DNA of 35,769 bases, taken from Fonticula alba ATCC 38817. Taxonomy: Eukaryota > Protista > Nucleariida. Of this stretch, positions 33,152-35,769 are shown one piece after another (positions within the stretch are counted from its first letter, which is position 1; the number at the start of each line of letters is the position of its first letter). The position numbers were made by a program, and so were the translations under genes. The stretch lies in NCBI GenBank assembly GCA_000388065.2, contig KB932202.1. One strand, 5' to 3'. The notes under the pieces are model-generated. The model had not been told where the DNA came from, ran no database searches, and worked only from the letters and a program-made list of their open reading frames with translations.

Positions 33152-33401
33152 CAGGGCGCGCCAGGTGGCCGGCAGGCGCGGAGCCACCAGAAAAGGCACT
33201 TGTGCTCTGGCGACTGGAAGGACCGCCGCCGCCGCTGCCTCCTCCTCCTCCGCCGCCGCCGCCGCTGCTGCCGCCGCCGCCGCCGCCGCTACCACCGTTG
33301 CCGCCGCCGCCGCCGCCGCCGTGCGCCTGTGTACGCCCGGTCTGTTGGACGCCACGTGGCACCCTACCGCCGGCTGAGCCACTGGCAGCCTGGTTCACCA
33401 T
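24654..33401 (-). CDS. Pumilio/PUF RNA-binding protein, Puf4/Puf5(Mpt5)-class (~2565 aa; 7 exons)
   Basis: Exons 33401-32402, 32236-30459, 30330-30112, 29913-25944, 25751-25605, 25455-25036, 24817-24654 splice in frame (7698 nt) with consensus sites. Eight PUF repeats at ~30860-29390: DQNGCRFLQ, DPFGNYLCQ, NMHGTRSVQ, DLNGNHVIQ, HRHGCCVLQ, DPYGNYVVS, QKFSSNVIE, DQFGNYVLQ. The domain is certain; exon structure in the low-complexity flanks is less so. Confidence 0.88.
26952..27006 (-). repeat. Coding CAG-rich repeat (poly-Gln tract) in the PUF protein
   Basis: (GCT)n on the + strand encodes QQQHQQQQQQQQQQQQQQ. It is one of many poly-Q/H/A/S/G tracts in this gene. Confidence 0.9.
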
Positions 33402-35769
33402 CGGGAGGGGGGAAGAGAGCGGGAGCGAGGAGCTCAGGGGAGGTGCGAAGCAAGGGGGAGGAGGGGAGAAAACGAGAGAATGCAGGGTCTGACCAGTGGG
33501 AGCGGAGGCAGGCCCATCGGCACGCAAGCTCCAGAGGAGGAAAGTCTCGAGGAGAGGAGAAGGGCAGGGAGGGGGGAGGGAGAGAGCCGAAAGAGGGGGG
33601 AGGGAGGAGGGGGGGCGGCTTCTTTCGCTCGTCTAATGCAGGAGAGGAGGGGCGGCAGCGAACGAGAGCACACCCATCAAAAATTCAAGGCACACACACA
33701 CGGAATGCCGGGCAGAGACAAGCCCTTGGGTCCCCTCTGGAGTCGATATGTGCAAGCGAACACGCGCGGCGCCTCTACAGCCGCCACACACCAGGTGGAG
33801 AGAGAGAGAGAGAGAGAAGAAGAGGGAGAAAAATAGGCAGTCGAGGCGGGCAGGTGGCGAGGCGNNNNNNNNNNNNNNNNNNNNNNNNNNNNNNNNNNNN
33901 NNNNNNNNNNNNNNNNNNNNNNNNNNNNNNNNNNNNNNNNNNNNNNNNNNNNNNNNNNNNNNNNNNNNNNNNNNNNNNNNNNNNNNNNNNNNNNNNNNNN
34001 NNNNNNNNNNNNNNNNNNNNNNNNNNNNNNNNNNNNNNNNNNNNNNNNNNNNNNNNNNNNNNNNNNNNNNNNNNNNNNNNNNNNNNNNNNNNNNNNNNNN
34101 NNNNNNNNNNNNNNNNNNNNNNNNNNNNNNNNNNNNNNNNNNNNNNNNNNNNNNNNNNNNNNNNNNNNNNNNNNNNNNNNNNNNNNNNNNNNNNNNNNNN
34201 NNNNNNNNNNNNNNNNNNNNNNNNNNNNNNNNNNNNNNNNNNNNNNNNNNNNNNNNNNNNNNNNNNNNNNNNNNNNNNNNNNNNNNNNNNNNNNNNNNNN
34301 NNNNNNNNNNNNNNNNNNNNNNNNNNNNNNNNNNNNNNNNNNNNNNNNNNNNNNNNNNNNNNNNNNNNNNNNNNNNNNNNNNNNNNNNNNNNNNNNNNNN
34401 NNNNNNNNNNNNNNNNNNNNNNNNNNNNNNNNNNNNNNNNNNNNNNNNNNNNNNNNNNNNNNNNNNNNNNNNNNNNNNNNNNNNNNNNNNNNNNNNNNNN
34501 NNNNNNNNNNNNNNNNNNNNNNNNNNNNNNNNNNNNNNNNNNNNNNNNNNCCGTTGGTCGGCGCTTGATCAAGGGAGTCCGGGCGGGGGGGGGGGGGGGG
34601 TACCCGGCAGGACAAAGGGCCGCGGGAGGAGAGCAGATCCCTGTTTCTTCCTTTCCGGCCGTCCACACGGCCAGTTGCCAATGTTCAAAAGTACGCCGGA
34701 AATTCTAAACTCAAGCGTGGCCGCCACGGAGCCGGGGGGCCCGGGCCAGGTGGCCTCCCGGGGAATGGCCACCGAAGGAGGCAGCAGCGGCAGTGACAGA
34801 AGTGACAAAAAGGGGGAGCCGCACCAATCCCAGCGGCGCATCCTGCACGACCCCCGGTGTCGAATTTTATCTCTGACACCCCGGGTGCGCGCCACACATT
34901 CGGGCGGCCGGGGCTGGAGGGCCGCCGGCCGCCGGCCCAGCCGCGGGGCTATCACACAGATCAATGCTCCCACAGCATGCAGGGCGCCCGAGGGCCGGAT
35001 GATGCTGCGCATCAGCCCGCCTTGAGATAGACGGTCACCACCCGGGCGATGCCCTCCCCCGTCCCCCCCCCCCGCATCCCCGGACCGGAGGTAGCCGGTT
35101 GTTCGGGGCGCCGGACCATGCGGCCTGCGTCCCCCGGCCCGGCCCCGCAGCCTGGCGCCCCCCTCGCGCGTTCCGGCGGGCAAGCCTCCCCATGCATGTG
35201 TGATCGGTCGAAGAAGATCGGCTCCCCGCCGAACAGGCAAGTGAGGCCGTGCGGCGGCGCAGCAAAAAAGGGGCCACTTCGTTGGCACCTCTCGCGCCAA
35301 TTCGGTTAATAGAGGTTCCGGAGGAGGGGCGGCCGCCGTGTGCCGGAGCATGTGTGCCTTGCCTTCCTCGCTCGCCTCCGGCCGTGGCCGGCCAGCCGAG
35401 GAGGCATCGCCCAGTGTGATTGGGGGGGGGGGGGCAGTTAGTCGCCCAAGAGAGAGGCAGCCCCACAACACGGGACCGATGTCCTGGCGTCCTTTTCATG
35501 CCTTCTGTTCGAGATGCCCTGTGCACCCGAAATCCCGGGAATATGTATTCTTTCCAACATATAAAATAGACACGCAAATAGGACCCTGAGGTCGAGCGAG
35601 AGCAGACTCCCCCCCCCCAGTAGGGCAATCATACGGCTCGGAGGATATCACTGCTTCTGAGAGAGGGAAGCGCCCCGCCTCCGCCCCGTTCCCCCCCCCC
35701 CCGCATTTTCCGGCGTCGGCCGCTGGCCCGAAACCATAACACCTGGGTGCTGTTCGGGGGGGGGGGGGG

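Noticed and set aside
34551-35769. ORFs and a TATAAAA (~35562) at the window end
   Set aside because: No recognisable domain or consistent exon chain; probably upstream region of the PUF gene or of a gene outside the window.
1-35769. CRISPR arrays, transposons, prokaryotic operons or defence systems
   Set aside because: No spaced direct repeats, transposase or RT motifs, or operon structure; all genes are spliceosomal-intron eukaryotic genes.

Overview
GC-rich, intron-containing eukaryotic genomic DNA with six assembly gaps. The composition, short C-run/CA-repeat introns and homopolymer-laden proteins suggest an opisthokont protist, possibly Fonticula-like; this is inference, not a database result. 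Most long ORFs in the supplied track are GC shadow frames or run through introns. Manual splicing gives seven protein-coding genes: (1) a 74-aa probable mitochondrial ATP synthase subunit f (+); (2) an ORD-only oxysterol-binding protein (-); (3) an FGD-like RhoGEF-PH-FYVE protein (+, partly in a gap); (4) deoxyhypusine synthase (+, 3' end unresolved); (5) an AidB/acdh-11-like acyl-CoA dehydrogenase (-); (6) a TMEM192/FIP1-family membrane protein (+); (7) a ~2565-aa Puf4/Puf5-class Pumilio protein (-). There is also one tRNA-His(GUG) gene. Best leads: a candidate box C/D snoRNA in the long DHPS intron with complementarity to a conserved 18S segment; an unusual GTNCG 5' splice-site consensus (29 of 33 donors have +4 C, none +4 A); a Pumilio with a non-canonical repeat-6 code and a Puf5-type element in its own 3' UTR; and a possible orphan gene at 19.2-20.2 kb. 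No prokaryotic-type system, CRISPR array or mobile element is supported.
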